From contig JAUCBJ010005441.1 in assembly GCA_032718475.1 (NCBI GenBank), forward strand, positions 1 to 64,000: a DNA stretch of 64,000 nt, in the 5' to 3' direction. Below the pieces are notes generated by a model. The model saw only the letters and a program-made list of their open reading frames with translations, had not been told where the DNA came from and made no database searches. The position numbers and the translations under genes were made by a program. Positions 12,001-27,000 of this stretch are shown piece after piece (positions within the stretch are counted from its first letter, which is position 1; every line of letters begins with the position of its first letter). The DNA is from Nemertoderma westbladi. Lineage: Eukaryota > Animalia > Xenacoelomorpha.

Positions 12001-15000
12001 AAACACAAAAGTATCGAGGAAGTTCTCAAACAGATAGACACAGCGAAGTACCCCGTCCCGGACGAGTGGAAGTTTAAGGAGGCGAGGGAACTCTTCCTCA
12101 ATCCGGAGGTGGAAGACGCCACTGAGTTCGAGCCGAAGTGGGAAGAGCCGGATGTGGAGAAGGTAGTAGAGTTTATGGTTCAACGAAACGGGTTCAATGA
12201 GGAGCGGATACGGAACTCGTTGAAGAAGTTGGTGAAGGCGCGATCGGGAAGCACCCAGGGACGGTTGGATCAGTTCTTCACGGTACTTCCCGCCTCGGCC
12301 AGCACACCCACAACAGTGGGAAAACGGAAGTCGACAGAACCGAAGGGTTCGGCAAAGAAGAAGCCCAATACCGGGAGAGGGGGAGGGAGACGACCTCGAT
12401 AGGTCACTGGATACATAGGTCGAAGGGTCACTGACCCCACTAACGGCGGCCCAACTATACTAACGCCAGTAGCCAATCTACTAGATTTGGATTCAAAGGA
12501 GTCTATTTTTTTTATGATTTATTAACTGACAGTATAATTATTATTATTATAGACTTTCCATAAACGTAACAGTGAACAATAAAGATGACTTCGTTGCACT
12601 GAACATTGACCTAATGTGTGAAACATCATAGAGAAAAGTGTAATTGCACTGATTAATAAAAGTCAGTAATCCCCCATCATTATTGAAGTTCGTTGTGTTT
12701 CATATTTATGAACATTAACATATTTAAGTGCAATGATATTTCTAACTTAATGTCAATTATTTAGGTTTTAAAAAAATGTATAAAGTACTTCGGCCGTTAG
12801 GCCAGGTTTCTTGACGACTATAAACTACTCATTTAGCTACCATTTAGGGATGCAAGACAGAGATGCGCCTTGGCTAGTCACTTTAAGTAAATCCAAGGCA
12901 ACATATTTAACCACTACGTGAAGGTGGGACCACAGCTAACCTAACTAGGTTTAGTAAACTCGAACGAGTTGGGACCACAGCTAACCTAACTAGGTTTAAT
13001 AAACTCGAACGAGTTGGGACCACGGCTAACCTAACTAGGTTTAATAAACTCGAACGAGTTGGGACCACGGCTAACTTAACTAGGTTTAGTAAACTCGAAC
13101 GAGTTGGGACCACGGCTAACCTAACTAGGTTTAATAAACTCGAACGAGTTGGGACCACGGCTAACTTAACTAGGTTTAGTAAACTCGAACGAGTTGGGAC
13201 CACGGCTAACCTAACTAGGTTTAATAAACTCGAACGAGTTGGGACCACGGCTAACTTAACTAGGTTTAGTAAACTCGAACGAGTTGGGACCACGGCTAAC
13301 CTAACTAGGTTTAATAAACTCGAACGAGTTGGGACCACGGCTAACCTAACTAGGTTTAATAAACTCGAACGAGTTGGGACCACGGCTAACTTAACTAGGT
13401 TTAATAAACTCGATCGAGTTGGGACCACGGCTAACTTAACTAGGTTTAGTAAACTCGAACGAGTTGGGACCACGGCTAACCTAACTAGGTTTAATAAACT
13501 CGAACGAGTTGGGACCACGGCTAACTTAACTAGGTTTAATAAACTCGAACGAGTTGGGACCACGGCTAACCTAACTAGGTTTAATAAACTCGAACGAGTT
13601 GGGACCACGGCTAACCTAACTAGGTTTAATAAACTCGAACGAGTTGGGACCACGGCTAACTTAACTAGGTTTAGTAAACTCGAACGAGTTGGGACCACGG
13701 CTAACCTAACTAGGTTTAATAAACTCGAACGAGTTGGGACCACGGCTAACTTAACTAGGTTTAGTAAACTCGAACGAGTTGGGACCACGGCTAACCTAAC
13801 TAGGTTTAATAAACTCGAACGAGTTGGGACCACGGCTAACTTAACTAGGTTTAGTAAACTCGAACGAGTTGGGACCACGGCTAACCTAACTAGGTTTAAT
13901 AAACTCGAACGAGTTGGGACCACGGCTAACTTAACTAGGTTTAGTAAACTCGAACGAGTTGGGACCACGGCTAACCTAACTAGGTTTAATAAACTCGAAC
14001 GAGTTGGGACCACGGCTAACCTAACTAGGTTTAATAAACTCGAACGAGTTGGGACCACGGCTAACTTAACTAGGTTTAATAAACTCGATCGAGTTGGGAC
14101 CACGGCTAACCTAACTAGGTTTAATAAACTCGAACGAGTTGGGACCACGGCTAACCTAACTAGGTTTAATAAACTCGAACGAGTTGGGACCACGGCTAAC
14201 CTAACTAGGTTTAATAAACTCGAACGAGTTGGGACCACGGCTAACTTAACTAGGTTTAATAAACTCGATCGAGTTGGGACCACGGCTAACTTACTAGGTT
14301 TAATAAACTCGAACGAGTTGGGACCACGGCTAACCTAACTAGGTTTAATAAACTCGAACGAGTTGGGACCACGGCTAACTTAACTAGGTTTAATAAACTC
14401 GATCGAGTTGGGACCACGGCTAACTTACTAGGTTTAATAAACTCGAACGAGGTTCTTATATTGAAACGGGAATAATATTTGGTTTATGTTTGTTTCTCAT
14501 ATAAGACAAAGTCTATCACGTTATTTTTTAAACAATATCATGTTTTGATCTCAGCACAACTTGTACAGTAAGATTGTAAGCTAAATTTTGCAATATCTTC
14601 GACTTCTCTGCGGAATTCAGCAAATGGTTTTCATTGGATCTGTCATTCCAATTTTTTGAAACTATGGAATGTTGCCTGTACATTTTGTTAAATATTTCCT
14701 CGGAATAAAAATGTTCTCTACCGGTACAACGAAAATAAATACTTTGTTTTCAATGAGAAATCATACGAAACCCACCTAGCGTTGTGTTGTGTGCACCATT
14801 TGGGTTGCCCGGAAACCGAATGGGTGCCCCCACGCTATTGGTTATCATCTGCTGCTGTTGAGTAGGACCGGGAGAGGTTCCAGAATTAACACGCAGTTTA
14901 GAAACCTGTCAAGTAAACAAATTTATGTTTTAGACTAAAAACTAACTTCAATTAAATATTAATATTGTAACATTCAAATCTGATGAATGTATAATGGAAT

Positions 15001-18000
15001 AATAATTCCTGGGACAGTATGGGTGAAATGGGTCCCGACAACACTAAATTAGTCACTCCCTGACGGGGCCCAGAAGGGATTACAGTCTATAAGAGCCATG
15101 GGACAGGTAGCCGCGGCGCGGTATAAATGGATGCCCGTAGTGAATGAAATGTACAGCCAGGCCAGTACTGCCACTAGACAGGAAATCCCGACGCCAAGGT
15201 ATTGTTTAATCGCCGGAAATAATCAATTGTTTGGACGGAATTAATGTTTGCATGTCGAGAATAATTATTTTGATACTGCAAAAAAGTTTCGGAAAAATAT
15301 TATGAAATTTAACCCTTAAACTGGTAAGGATTTTTCTAAAACGTCATCTCCGCTTGGTGAAAACTCTAATGAGTTCTGCGATTGTCAGTTGTTAGCAAGT
15401 CGTAAGACTTTATTACTGTAAGAAAAAATGCTACTGGCTACTGACTACTGACCTAGAGCAAAAACGACTCTAACGATTTTGATGAAATTTGCATGAACCA
15501 TGAAAATAGATTTATATGGGTACTTGTGAAATCGCGGTTTAAATTGAAACATCTCAACTTGTTTTACTTCGAAAAATAGCCGCATAAAACGAAAATTGCC
15601 ATAGACTCAATTATAGAATCACCAGCTGATGTGCTCATGAAAAAAATGATAGAGAGTGTCTAGTAATGAATGCTACTATTGAATAGGCCCGGCCCAAACT
15701 GCAGAGAAGTATATTACTTGCCAAGTTTAGTAAGGTTGTGTTTACTCAGTAACTCTATCCCAGACAGCAAGCAAATATCAACTGTTAGTTACCCCAGCTG
15801 ATAGCTCTTCCCAGTGAATCCTATGGGAATATCTACCAGGTTACTCACTGTGCTGTGTTATGTGGCAGGCCAGCTGAATGAATTTTAGTTAGACAGCGTA
15901 CTTCTGTTGAGTATCCGGTACTACAATTTTGGTAATTAAAAACCTTTTAGGAGGAGGAGGTTAATGACTTAATCTTGGCAAACATTAAATACATGATTCA
16001 TTCAACCCAGAGTAAATTAGTTTAAAATTACCTACTGTGTCGCTCTGCTGAATGAATTTGAGCAATAATTGGGTAGGTTAATTCTTCACTCAACCCACAC
16101 ATATATACTTAATGACTAACTGTACATCCCCTGCGTAATAAGACTTCACATTGGAAGATTTTTCCATACCCAGTATAATACCAGTATAATTCATTTTTAA
16201 AATAAATTAAGATTACCTTCTCAACCCAGAGGGAATCTGTCTTATGTTTCTACTGTATACTGCGCGCATCACCTACTATAGAAATTCAAAAAGTTTAATG
16301 AATTTTAGCAATAATAATTGTATAGATTACTTATAACTGCTACAGTAGAATCAGCTTTAGCGAATATCCATTACTGTAGGTTACTGTTGATAGCGGAGAA
16401 ACTGAATTACAGTATTATAGTTATTAGCAACTAGCAAGTCCTACACTGAGAAAAATGCTACTTACTACTGCTGACTACTGACCCAGAGCAAAACGGCTCT
16501 AATTATTTTTATAAAATTTTGAATGCGCCTTGAAAATAGATTTCTAAGGGGATTTGTTAAATCGCGGTCTAAATTGAAACATATTTACCAAAATAATAAC
16601 GGATTCGACTTATTACTTCTTTTGCGCGATTGTATTGAATTCATGAGCTACTAGTATTACAGCCAAGGCGTCCTTTAATACAGGCCATGCAGCCGAGATT
16701 TAGGCAAAATTAGCGTAGGCTGAAAGTTTTACAATGGGCTATATAGGAATTTCAATGAATATTATGGTTAGTAAGACAATGTTTGTATCTTGTTAGTTGA
16801 AATATACGTCAGTAAGCAATAATTTGTAATTTATTATGTATGTACTAATATTTAGACATTTCAAATGACGTCTAATCAAAAAAACTTCTTAATAATATTA
16901 TATTTATTTAATATAATTAACCATTCATTTAATACTAAGTACAAGGCATAGCTTTGGTGGATATGGCGACATAATGGCGGTGACGTTTTGGTGGCTCTGG
17001 TGACATGGTGCTGTATCGGTGGCGTTATGGTTATGGACTTAATATATATTATTACTATATGTTACTATATTATATACTATATTATATTATTACTTTATAT
17101 TATTATTAGGTACCTATGCAAACCTTAGGTAACTATGGCAACCTATGGAAACCTATTCAGGGTTCGGTTACTCAGAGAGTGGCGTCGAAATTAGATCGGC
17201 AGTAGCCGACACAGCATTTACGAGGCATTATCAGTCTATAGGCAGTTACAGAGTTAAAGTATAGGCCTAAGAATGTGGAACGATATAAACAAAACTTGTT
17301 TTTAATTAGCCAACTAACGAACTAATTAAATTAATACAAATTAGTCTAACTCCGGCAACCAGCAAGAATGTTTGTTGCAGTACTCTTGTTCTTGTTCTTG
17401 TACACACACACCTGAACACTGCGGTGTACAACATCAGTAGTAGGCCTACTGTTGTCACTAAAGTGATACAAAAGTTTCAGCCTACGCTAATTTCACCTAA
17501 ATCTCGGCTGCATGGCCTGTATTAAAGGGCGCCTTGATTACAGCACATTGAGCTATAACAGCTATTACTATTGATACCTCGATTCCTCTCCTACTACTCT
17601 GTCCGACTGAATAAAAATAATCACTTCGCTAACCGCCGCTCTCTATCTGCTATCATAATAACAGCTGTTATAATTCATTAGATGATTACAACATAATTTT
17701 GCGGTGAACAGAAATAATTATTAGTTTGAAGCTGTGTATAAATTCAAAATTTCTCATACACCGGGATTACAGCACTACAGCACAAAGAAGGTAACTAAGT
17801 TTGAAGTAAGAAGGTAACTAAGTTTGAAGTCACTAGTAATGGACATAAGATTGAAAATAAAAAGGAAGTTAAATATTTAGGCGCCACATTGGATAACTGC
17901 TTATCAGGAGAAAGTACAGTGAAAAATATTTTCTCGAAAGTTAACAGTAGGCTTAGGTTTCTATACAGAAATAAAAATAGTTTGAACACCGACTCCCGCA

Positions 18001-21000
18001 AGTTACTTTGCTCTTCTTTAATACAGTGTCACATGGACTATGCATGCTCTTCTTGGTATGAAGGCTTAACCAAACAGCTTAAATGTAAATTACAAGTAGC
18101 TCAGAATAAAGTAGTACGATTTATTAAAGACTACAAACCTAGGCACCACCTAACTCCAGATGACTTTTCTGAATCTGGACTACTTAACTTAGATAGTAGA
18201 GTTAAGCAGCTACGCCTTAACCATGTGCATAAAGTGTATAATGGTAAATGTCCCAATTACCTAAAACAAAAATTCAACAGAGTACGCGATACACACTCTT
18301 ACAGTACCAGAGCTAGTGCTTCAAACTTCTACCTCCCGAATTGCAAATCCTTTGAATCTGATACTTTCTTTTTTAACGGCATAAAAAATTGGAACGCTCT
18401 GCCTAATGAAATTAAAAACCTAAATAATCAACATTCTTTTAAATCTGCAGTTAAATCTCACCTCCGTGTGCAATGTAAAAATAGGTACAATAGTCCTACA
18501 GTAAGTTATTAGTTTATTAATTATTTACTATTTATACTGTAATTACGTTTTATATTAAATTGTTCTGTACATTACATCTTTATCGTTGAGTCGGGCATTG
18601 TCACGCTCTCGGTAAAGTTGTACATGTACATAGTGTAATTACGTTTTATATTAGTTTTAGGTTAGCGTAGTGTAATATTGTATTTGTAACCAAGTAACAT
18701 AAAGGACCCCCTTGGAAATAAGCTGCAAAGCTTTAGGGGTAATCCTATATGTTATGTTGGACAATACCTTTATACCGGTACATTGTTTGGTGTATTTGTT
18801 ATTGTTTTTACATAATGTATAAATAAATCTATCTACAGTACGGGATTACAGCACGCTCAGAGTACTAAATTATCGGACAGAACAAAAAGCTTTCACTTGA
18901 CTCTTACGACTCGCTTCACGGGCCGCTAGGCCCGTCTCTAGTACTTGGTGGGAAATATTTATGAAATATATTCTGACTAATATGAGTTGTTCGCTAACGC
19001 CGCAAAGATACGCATTTAGTTCTTTCTTTATTTTTGAATATGATCTTGTTTGTGTACTCTGCGCTTTATTTTCTATTTATTTTCGAATCTTATCTAGTTC
19101 GTGTACTATTACTATTACATCTTTATTCCTTTTACCCATTTATTATTATTATTACCGTACGTTTAATTGCTAATTATCTCTTTCGTATTTTTCCCAGTAT
19201 TAATTTCATTGATCTTTCATTTGTTCTATAATTGCTCACATTTCATATTACTTTGTTTCCATTATTTCACATATTTTCACTTTACATAATCACTTTACAT
19301 ACTTAAACTGACCCGTTCTTGTTCCGTCTCCCAGAAAGTAATTTTAGTAAGTAATTCAAATAGTCCTTAATTAACAAACATTATAGTGATATTTTTTGAT
19401 TTGAAAGCTGTCATTGATAAAACTTCAGTCTAGATTTGTTTCTTATTGGAATATTTAACACCTTTGTATTATTACCTTCCATTCTTGCTGGTCTAAATGT
19501 TCGAACCTTTATTTGATTCTCGGCTAATTTAATAATTAATAGTGTAGATATCATCCTTTGACCCTGAGACGCTCGACGACGTCCGGCAGTCTTGTGGTTT
19601 TCATAAGTAGGCTGCCCGTGATCCTCTTACAAGGGTTGGCTGATCATATCACACATATCAAATTAATATTTCATTTATGCGAGAGATATTGTGGTTCGTG
19701 TACATTTCTGACGGCGAAGATCATCCCCTCTCTATACATCCACACTGCAAATTAATTATACATCACTGCTCTAACCAATCATAATAGAGATTCACTTCAC
19801 TCGTTATCCAATGACAAACACAATCTAGCTTTCCTGATTGACCTCTCAATTATCCCCATCCCAAGTAATTCAGCTTTCAATCTCTTTAAATCTCAAATTG
19901 CTCTTCATTCTAAGCCTTTTTATATTTCTGGGTGACGCACAAGATTTTTTACCGCTCTACAACCGTTCGTCTCATTTATTTATGTCTGTTATTTTTCCGC
20001 TCAATTTACCGCTCCACAACTTTGCTTTATTTCTTTTCGAATCGTCTTTATTTTTCCCTTATTTTTTGATAGTTTCCTTGTTCGATTGTATATTATTATT
20101 CTTTATGCGTATCATTTCGACGTTCTGAAATTATTTTCAAATAGAATCAATACTGCAGTTTATGCTAAAATAACAAATTATATATTTCATTTCGAATGAT
20201 TTCTTTATGTGTAACAAAGATAACAATAAATAACCAGATTTTTATAATTCCATCTTGCCTTTTTTATGAGCGTGTTGATATAATGAAAACTTAGCGTCAC
20301 CTTGAGTATTAGTACACGCACATGAGTTTAATGAGAGTAAGTTCTATACTTGGTGGGAACTTTTCCTTCAATCTATTCTGCTTTGGTGAAAACTCGAGTT
20401 ATATTAAAACCTGCCAGGAAGGTAACATTGAATTATCTGTCAACGTCAACAGGCCCATTGTATTGGGCTGTTGATGAGCTTCATGACAGTAGTTGAATCG
20501 ACTCCAGACGATCACAACTACTCGGTAGTAAAGCGCGGGAAAATTGTCTAATTTCAACTCTAATGGCCGTTTCATCATTATAACTATAAGTCACAAACAA
20601 ACTGTATGCACCAGTTTGAAGGTCATTTTCTCCTCTTTCAGATGATATATATAACGGCCTCTGAAGTTGTAAATTACGCAGTCTATCGCTAACTTAATGC
20701 TGTGAATTAATTCGCAGTTATTTTAAAATAATTAATCTTATTCAATAAAAAAAAAACTGTTGGGAAGATCCAGTTTTTGTCAACATTTTCAATGCGGAGA
20801 AATTAAATTGTGCTCTCTAACTGCACGAGTCGGCTGATTTAAAGTACGAGCGAAGCGATTGCTAAAATCCCAACGAGTGCAACACTCAATACACGATGGC
20901 AAAATATCTTAATTTCGGACCTCTGAAACTAGTGACAATGAGTTATCTGATTTATTTTTACTGGATCTATTAAGGAGTGGAGGGGTGGGGGGGGGGGGGG

Positions 21001-24000
21001 GGTGCTTGGTAACTCCCCTGGTCTTTTTTTTAATTTGTTTATATCTCCAATGTGGTTGAAAAAGGCATAGAAAACGATATAATATCGAAAAGAGAATGAA
21101 CTATAAAGTAAATAAAATTTGAAAAAAAAATTTTAACCATGAAAAACCCCATGTTTTTTCTAATTTATCATTAAAATTTTTGAAATTAAGAAAACTTGTC
21201 GAAATTTATTGAAGCTTATGAAATTACCTTTCTTTCATATAAATCAAAAATTGGAAAAAAAGGTTAAGAAATGGCGGAGGAGTAGTATTTTTCGTGTGAA
21301 AAAATGTTTACCGTTCCGTTACGCCCCTAAGCGTCACAGATACATTATATTTAATTGTAAAATGAAAAATCTAAGAAATCTCTGGATTTACATTTAATTT
21401 ATTTAATATCTTTTACTTGTACGAATAATTTTCATGCCATTCTTTTTATGAATTCCAAACTGATAATTCCGCATTCAATTCTTAAATTTACATAAACGTT
21501 TTTTGAACTATAAGTATAACTATAACTATAAGTATATATATAGAATAAAAACTCTCACCAAGGAGGAATAGCAGAAAAATCTAATCTCTACCAAGTCCAG
21601 ACGATGGCGCATAAACATATATGAGTTCTCACCAAGTCAAACACAACCATTAAAAAAGTATCCAAGTGGAATTGGCCCTCCCAACACTCATGAGTTTTCA
21701 CCAGTTTAAGGGTTTAATAGTAAAATGCGGGTATCAAAGTGGTGTGTGTAAAATTTATAATAAAATAGTTAATATTTAATTGCTACTATTAGCTCATTTT
21801 ATATTTAAGGGGAGGGATGCCGGCCTGCCCCCCCCCCCCCCCCCCCCTCTCTCTCTCTCCCAGGGTCAACATTTTGTAATTATATTTATTCTACAGCAGA
21901 ATTTAAAAATGGCTTAACTATATCTATTTTAGTTTTCGAGCTATCGCCTTCTCTTGGCCGATAGTCAAATGTAAGACAGACAGACAGACAACCGACCGCC
22001 GGACAGAATAGATTCCACCAAATTTTAAAACGGACACCGAAAAAAAAATAAGCGACCCAGTTAACTAACTCCCTTAAATATAATTTTAGAATTGTTGAAT
22101 TCCTTTGCATCAGACATTATTAGTACCCTAGTACACATCTGTTATTAACCAACCAAATAGATTACAAATAGACAGTTTTGAGCAGGAAGATTTTTGACAA
22201 CCTCATACAAAATACAACTCCATCAAATAAATATGTGAAATAACACCCAGAATGCCACATTAATGTTGATTTTTTCCCAACTAGATCCCCTGACATGCAC
22301 TATACAATACACTGTATACTACAATGTGTACAGGGTAAGTTAGAGACTGCCAAACCTTTTGATTTCTCTTGCGAGTTGCATCTTTGGGTAAGGGAGGCGG
22401 CAATGGTCGGAGGAATGTGGCGCCATCGATTAGCTGAGGTTCGGATGATGGGCCAGGTATCGGTTCTCCACTCGACACCACATTATTAACGATTCCATCT
22501 ATAGGAGAACAATTTATTATAGTGTACCACCACACTGATTCTATACTTAAAATATTTTATTATTTAATGTGTAACTTACAGTAAATATTTTGCATGGCAA
22601 ATTTAATACTTTCTACGCCACTAAATCTAATTTTTGGATAAGGGGAGCTTGAGTTGGATTAATTTTCGGGGTGTAGGAAAAGTTTGTTTTCAGGAGGTCC
22701 AAACCTTAATTAAAACTGCATGTTGTAACCCTAACAACAAATCATTTACGGTAGTCAATGAATTACCTAAATAACTCAACTTTGGTTATTTTACAGGAGA
22801 ATCCAAAACTGTATATTTAGTATTTATTTACTGCAACGAACTACATGATATCTGAGATATGGGCGTTTGAAAGTTGATAGCTTTGCAGCCGCGCGAGGCT
22901 ATTTTACTCCCTTTAACAATACTCCGCATTCTGGAACACTTTGCAACGTGATAGTATTAGTTATTGCATTATTGCCCAGCTACTTATGAATATGTATGTT
23001 CCAGAATTATGTGTCTTTATGAAATATAAGAATATACCCTCCGAAGATGCAAAACCATGCCACATTCGAATGCTCATTCCTTATCTGTTTTTCAACGAAA
23101 TTCAGATTGTGTTACACATTTGGAATCCTTGTATGGCCAGCTTTCTAACAGTACCATCAAATCATTATAAGGTTATATAATAACTGCGGTGTAACTGGTG
23201 CAATATCGCCGGTTTTTATAAAGGTAGTCGTTGTAGTAGTAGTTCCGGGATAGGCCCGGCCCTTTATTCTCCGAAATATATAATATTAGTAAAAATTATT
23301 AATCAACTCCCAAATCACGTAATGTAAATAATGTTTATCAGACAGTCGTCGAAATAGCTTTAATCGTTAAAAGAGTTTTAATTGTCTTAGGTATTTGCAT
23401 TTAAAAATTTTTATTTTATTTTTTTTACTTTTTGATTATTTTTCCAAGGAGAGAGCAAAGCAAAAGCAAACAGTCGGCCGAAGCCGGAGGCGACCCGAAG
23501 GCTCCTCTTTCGATAGCTGCTACCCGAGGGTATGGGTGGGCGCTACTCCTATCCCAAGCTACTTCTATTTAACTGGTACTCATTTTATCGACCCCAGTGG
23601 ATGAAAGGCTGAGTTGAGTGGACCCTGGCGGGGCTGAACCTACAACTATTAGATTGCAGGCCCGGCGCTCAACCAAATGAGCTACCCCGCCTAAGGAGAG
23701 AGAAAGAAATTAAATGGTGTTACTTAATTTTAGTTTTTTTTAATTTGTTATAACTTCTATAACAGCAAGTTTTTTAGCCTCTTAAGGAAAACTGATTAAA
23801 GGACTAGCTCTTAAAGAGTCGTCAAGTTTATTCCATTCTAGTGGCCCTTGAAATTTTGCGGATCTTTTAGTGACTTCCAAACGCGCGCTGGGCAAGTTAA
23901 AATTACCCCTAGATGCTGAACGAGTATTGTAGTGTAGATTTAACGAAAAGATGAGATAATGGGTGCTTTGAGTTTTTACTAATATCGTACATTAACCCAC

Positions 24001-27000
24001 ATATGTTATATCTATACAATTAATAAATTAATTACCCGGTAATATTAATTTGGTTATGTGTTTATTAATTCGTTCCTATTTTGTTATTGTTAATAATATA
24101 AGTTTGTTTACATTAATTTGTTTTGCTACATCGGTACTTTGTTAATTTAAAACGCAACTATTTTACAACTGTTCAAATCAGTTATCTCTCAATGTACTAA
24201 ATGACTGTCGAGAACCAGAGACCTATCCAGAGAATGTTATCTCATTAAGATTACGAAGTCATTCACATTGTGGGAGGGGGAGAGATGGTATATATAATGC
24301 AGGACATTGCTTTCGCCGTGGGGCCCAGCCAGTGCACAATCTTGTGCTTTGGCTGCCTAATGGAGTGAATAAGCACGGTGGACAGCCATGACTTTATTGA
24401 GACGCATCTTAAATGACACTGGCCTTGAAGATGCGGATAATCTCGCGAAAGTCATGGGGGATAGGGAGTTGTGGCGGTGCAATTTTGTCGAAAAGCCGGC
24501 ACAGCATTCTGCATGCTGCATTGCAGCCGCATTATATATATTTCATTACATATATTATATGTAATGAAATATATATAATGCGGCTGCAATGCAGCATGCC
24601 GATAGCTGCAGTATATATTATATTGGTATATGTTATGAAACTTTTAGTATTTTACAGATAAATAAACTCAAAAAATGTATAAGAATCAATAAAGCTTAGT
24701 TAGTTACTTCTCAATAAAAATATAGTATTTACCGGTACCTAGCAACGATATGGCCTGGAATCCCTCAATATCGACTGTAATGATCCCGAGGTCCTTCAGC
24801 TGTTGGTTCCCCTCCTCGGCCAGTAACTTAAGTTTCAGAGCGGCGCTGCGAGGTAACGTCAGATGAACCCGGATGCTGTTCCAAGGCTCAACGTTGTTGA
24901 GTGCGAAATTATCTGCGTGGTAATCAAATTAATTAACAGTAAGTAAATCAACCGTTAAATGATGAAATTAACATTCAAATCCAAGAAGTGCCTTTTTGAG
25001 CTAGAAGAGCGGTTCCAAAATGTTACATTGAATTATTAACGGATTCTACTTTTTTATGTGAACTAATACGAGTGAGTGAGTACGGTACGTACATACATAT
25101 GGAGAGAAATATGTCTATGTAGGCTGTTGGCATTTTAATTAGACCAAGTTGTGTAAGTTTAGTGTATTTTATTCCAAAATGTATACATTTTACTGAAAAT
25201 AACAAACTAAAAATCACCATACAAACTATATATCGATGAGAAAGGTTTGCTTTTCCTCATAATGGAATTCTGGAATCCATGTACTGTACACTATCACTAA
25301 TCGAATAATTATCATTTTAATAGGCCTATATTTTTTTTATATATAACCTCAATGGCTTTTGAGGTTTTAAAATACAAAGATACAGTAGATAACTACTGAT
25401 ACAAAGATACATGTATGAGTATAACATATTTAAAAAAAACGAATACACACAAATATCGACTGAAAAACGACATTACACCATGACCCAGAATATAGTGTCG
25501 TAATTCAGTGACACCCCCCCCCCCCCTAATTTTTCTACAAATCGTAATGAGATTGCATGAAATTTGAAACAGAGATAGTTTCACCTCCCGACCACTGACT
25601 GGGTGAGCCAGAATTTTTATTTTCAATCTTTAGCTACAAGCGTTTAAAAAAGTGTCTCTAGCAATATTTCACCAGTTACACCGCAGTTATTATTCTACCT
25701 TAAAGCTGTTTGTTGGTACCAATGGAAAGCTGGTCATGTAAGGATTCCAAATATGTAACACAATTTGAATTTCGTTGAAAAATAGCTGAGATATGAGCGT
25801 TCAAATATTGCATGGTTTTGCAACGACGCAAGGCTATTTTATTCTATTAATAAATAAACCATATTCTGGAACATTTTTTAAATGTATGAATAGCTACGTA
25901 ATAGTATGATTAAAGATGTAATGCATTGTTGCCCAGCTACGTATTTGGATAAACAAAATATTCCAGATTATGATGCATTTATTAAATAGAATAAAATAGC
26001 CCCGCGCAGGTGCATAACCATGCAACATTTGAACGCCCATATCTTAGCTATTTTTCAACGAAATTCAAATTGTTTTACATATTTGAAATCCTTGCAGGGC
26101 CAGCTTTCCATTGCTACAAACAAACAGCTATTAAGGTAGAAGAATAACTGCGGTGTAACTGGTGTAATATCGCTGGAGACACTTGTTTTAAACGCTTGTA
26201 ACAAGAATGATTGAAAGCAAATAAAAAAGGAAAAGGAAAAGAAAGAAAAGCAAAAATAAAAATTCTGGCTCACCCAGTCAGTGGTCGGGAGGTGAAACTA
26301 TCTCTGTATCAAATTTCATGCAATCTCATTAAGATTTGTAGAAAAATTAGGGGGGGGGGGCGTGTCACTGAATTACGACACTATATTCTGAGACATGGTG
26401 TATATATATAATTGGGGAGAGTTAATAAGACGGACGAAGGAAGGTCGACACCGCCACCCACAAACAGAAAAATAAATAAAATCTTACGAGCTTTCTGCCT
26501 CAAGTAGAGGCCTTCTTCAGGTATATATAATAGAGAATAAGCATATTAGAGCAACATACAGACATATCAAATCTAAGAATTTAAATTTACCGCCCTAAAT
26601 ATTAAAGCGACCATGCAATATAAAGAAATAATGTACAGTAAAGTAGTTAAGTGAAATGTCATGTATGGTGGGTGTGGGCTGAAAAATATAATGGTGGAAG
26701 GTTACCAAAAATATAAAAGAATAGCAGAGTAATTGCGGTTGAGTTCGACATCGCGGGGCGATTGTATGACGGTTTTACCGAATCCGAAACCTCGTATGTA
26801 TGCAGTTTCTTTTAGAATACGTAGACGACGATTAGTTTCGGAGCAAATGGGTTTAGCCATCAAGAAGTTTACGTTATGTATGATGGCGATGGAATTTGAA
26901 AGCTGAATCATTCTTAGAAGAGTTGCTGCCGGGTGCGGTTCGATTCGCCCCTCGACCTTTTCACCCCAAGTCGATTCGCCCCACATTTTTGGGGCATATG

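Larger units (their letters stand above)
15313..21712. mobile_element. piggyBac-like non-autonomous element hosting nested insertions
   Basis: TTAA|cccttaaactgg at left and ccagtttaaggg|ttta at right; subterminal tggtgaaaactc / gagttttcacca motifs. No transposase ORF seen. Confidence 0.5.

Noticed and set aside
12907-14283. 458-aa repetitive ORF
   Set aside because: Translation of the 45-bp satellite; no ATG start, and adjacent units carry 1-bp deletions.
19476-19525. Additional NCOA6 mini-exon ([15 protein letters not shown])
   Set aside because: Phase 1-1 is incompatible with the phase-0 junction between exons 3 and 4.
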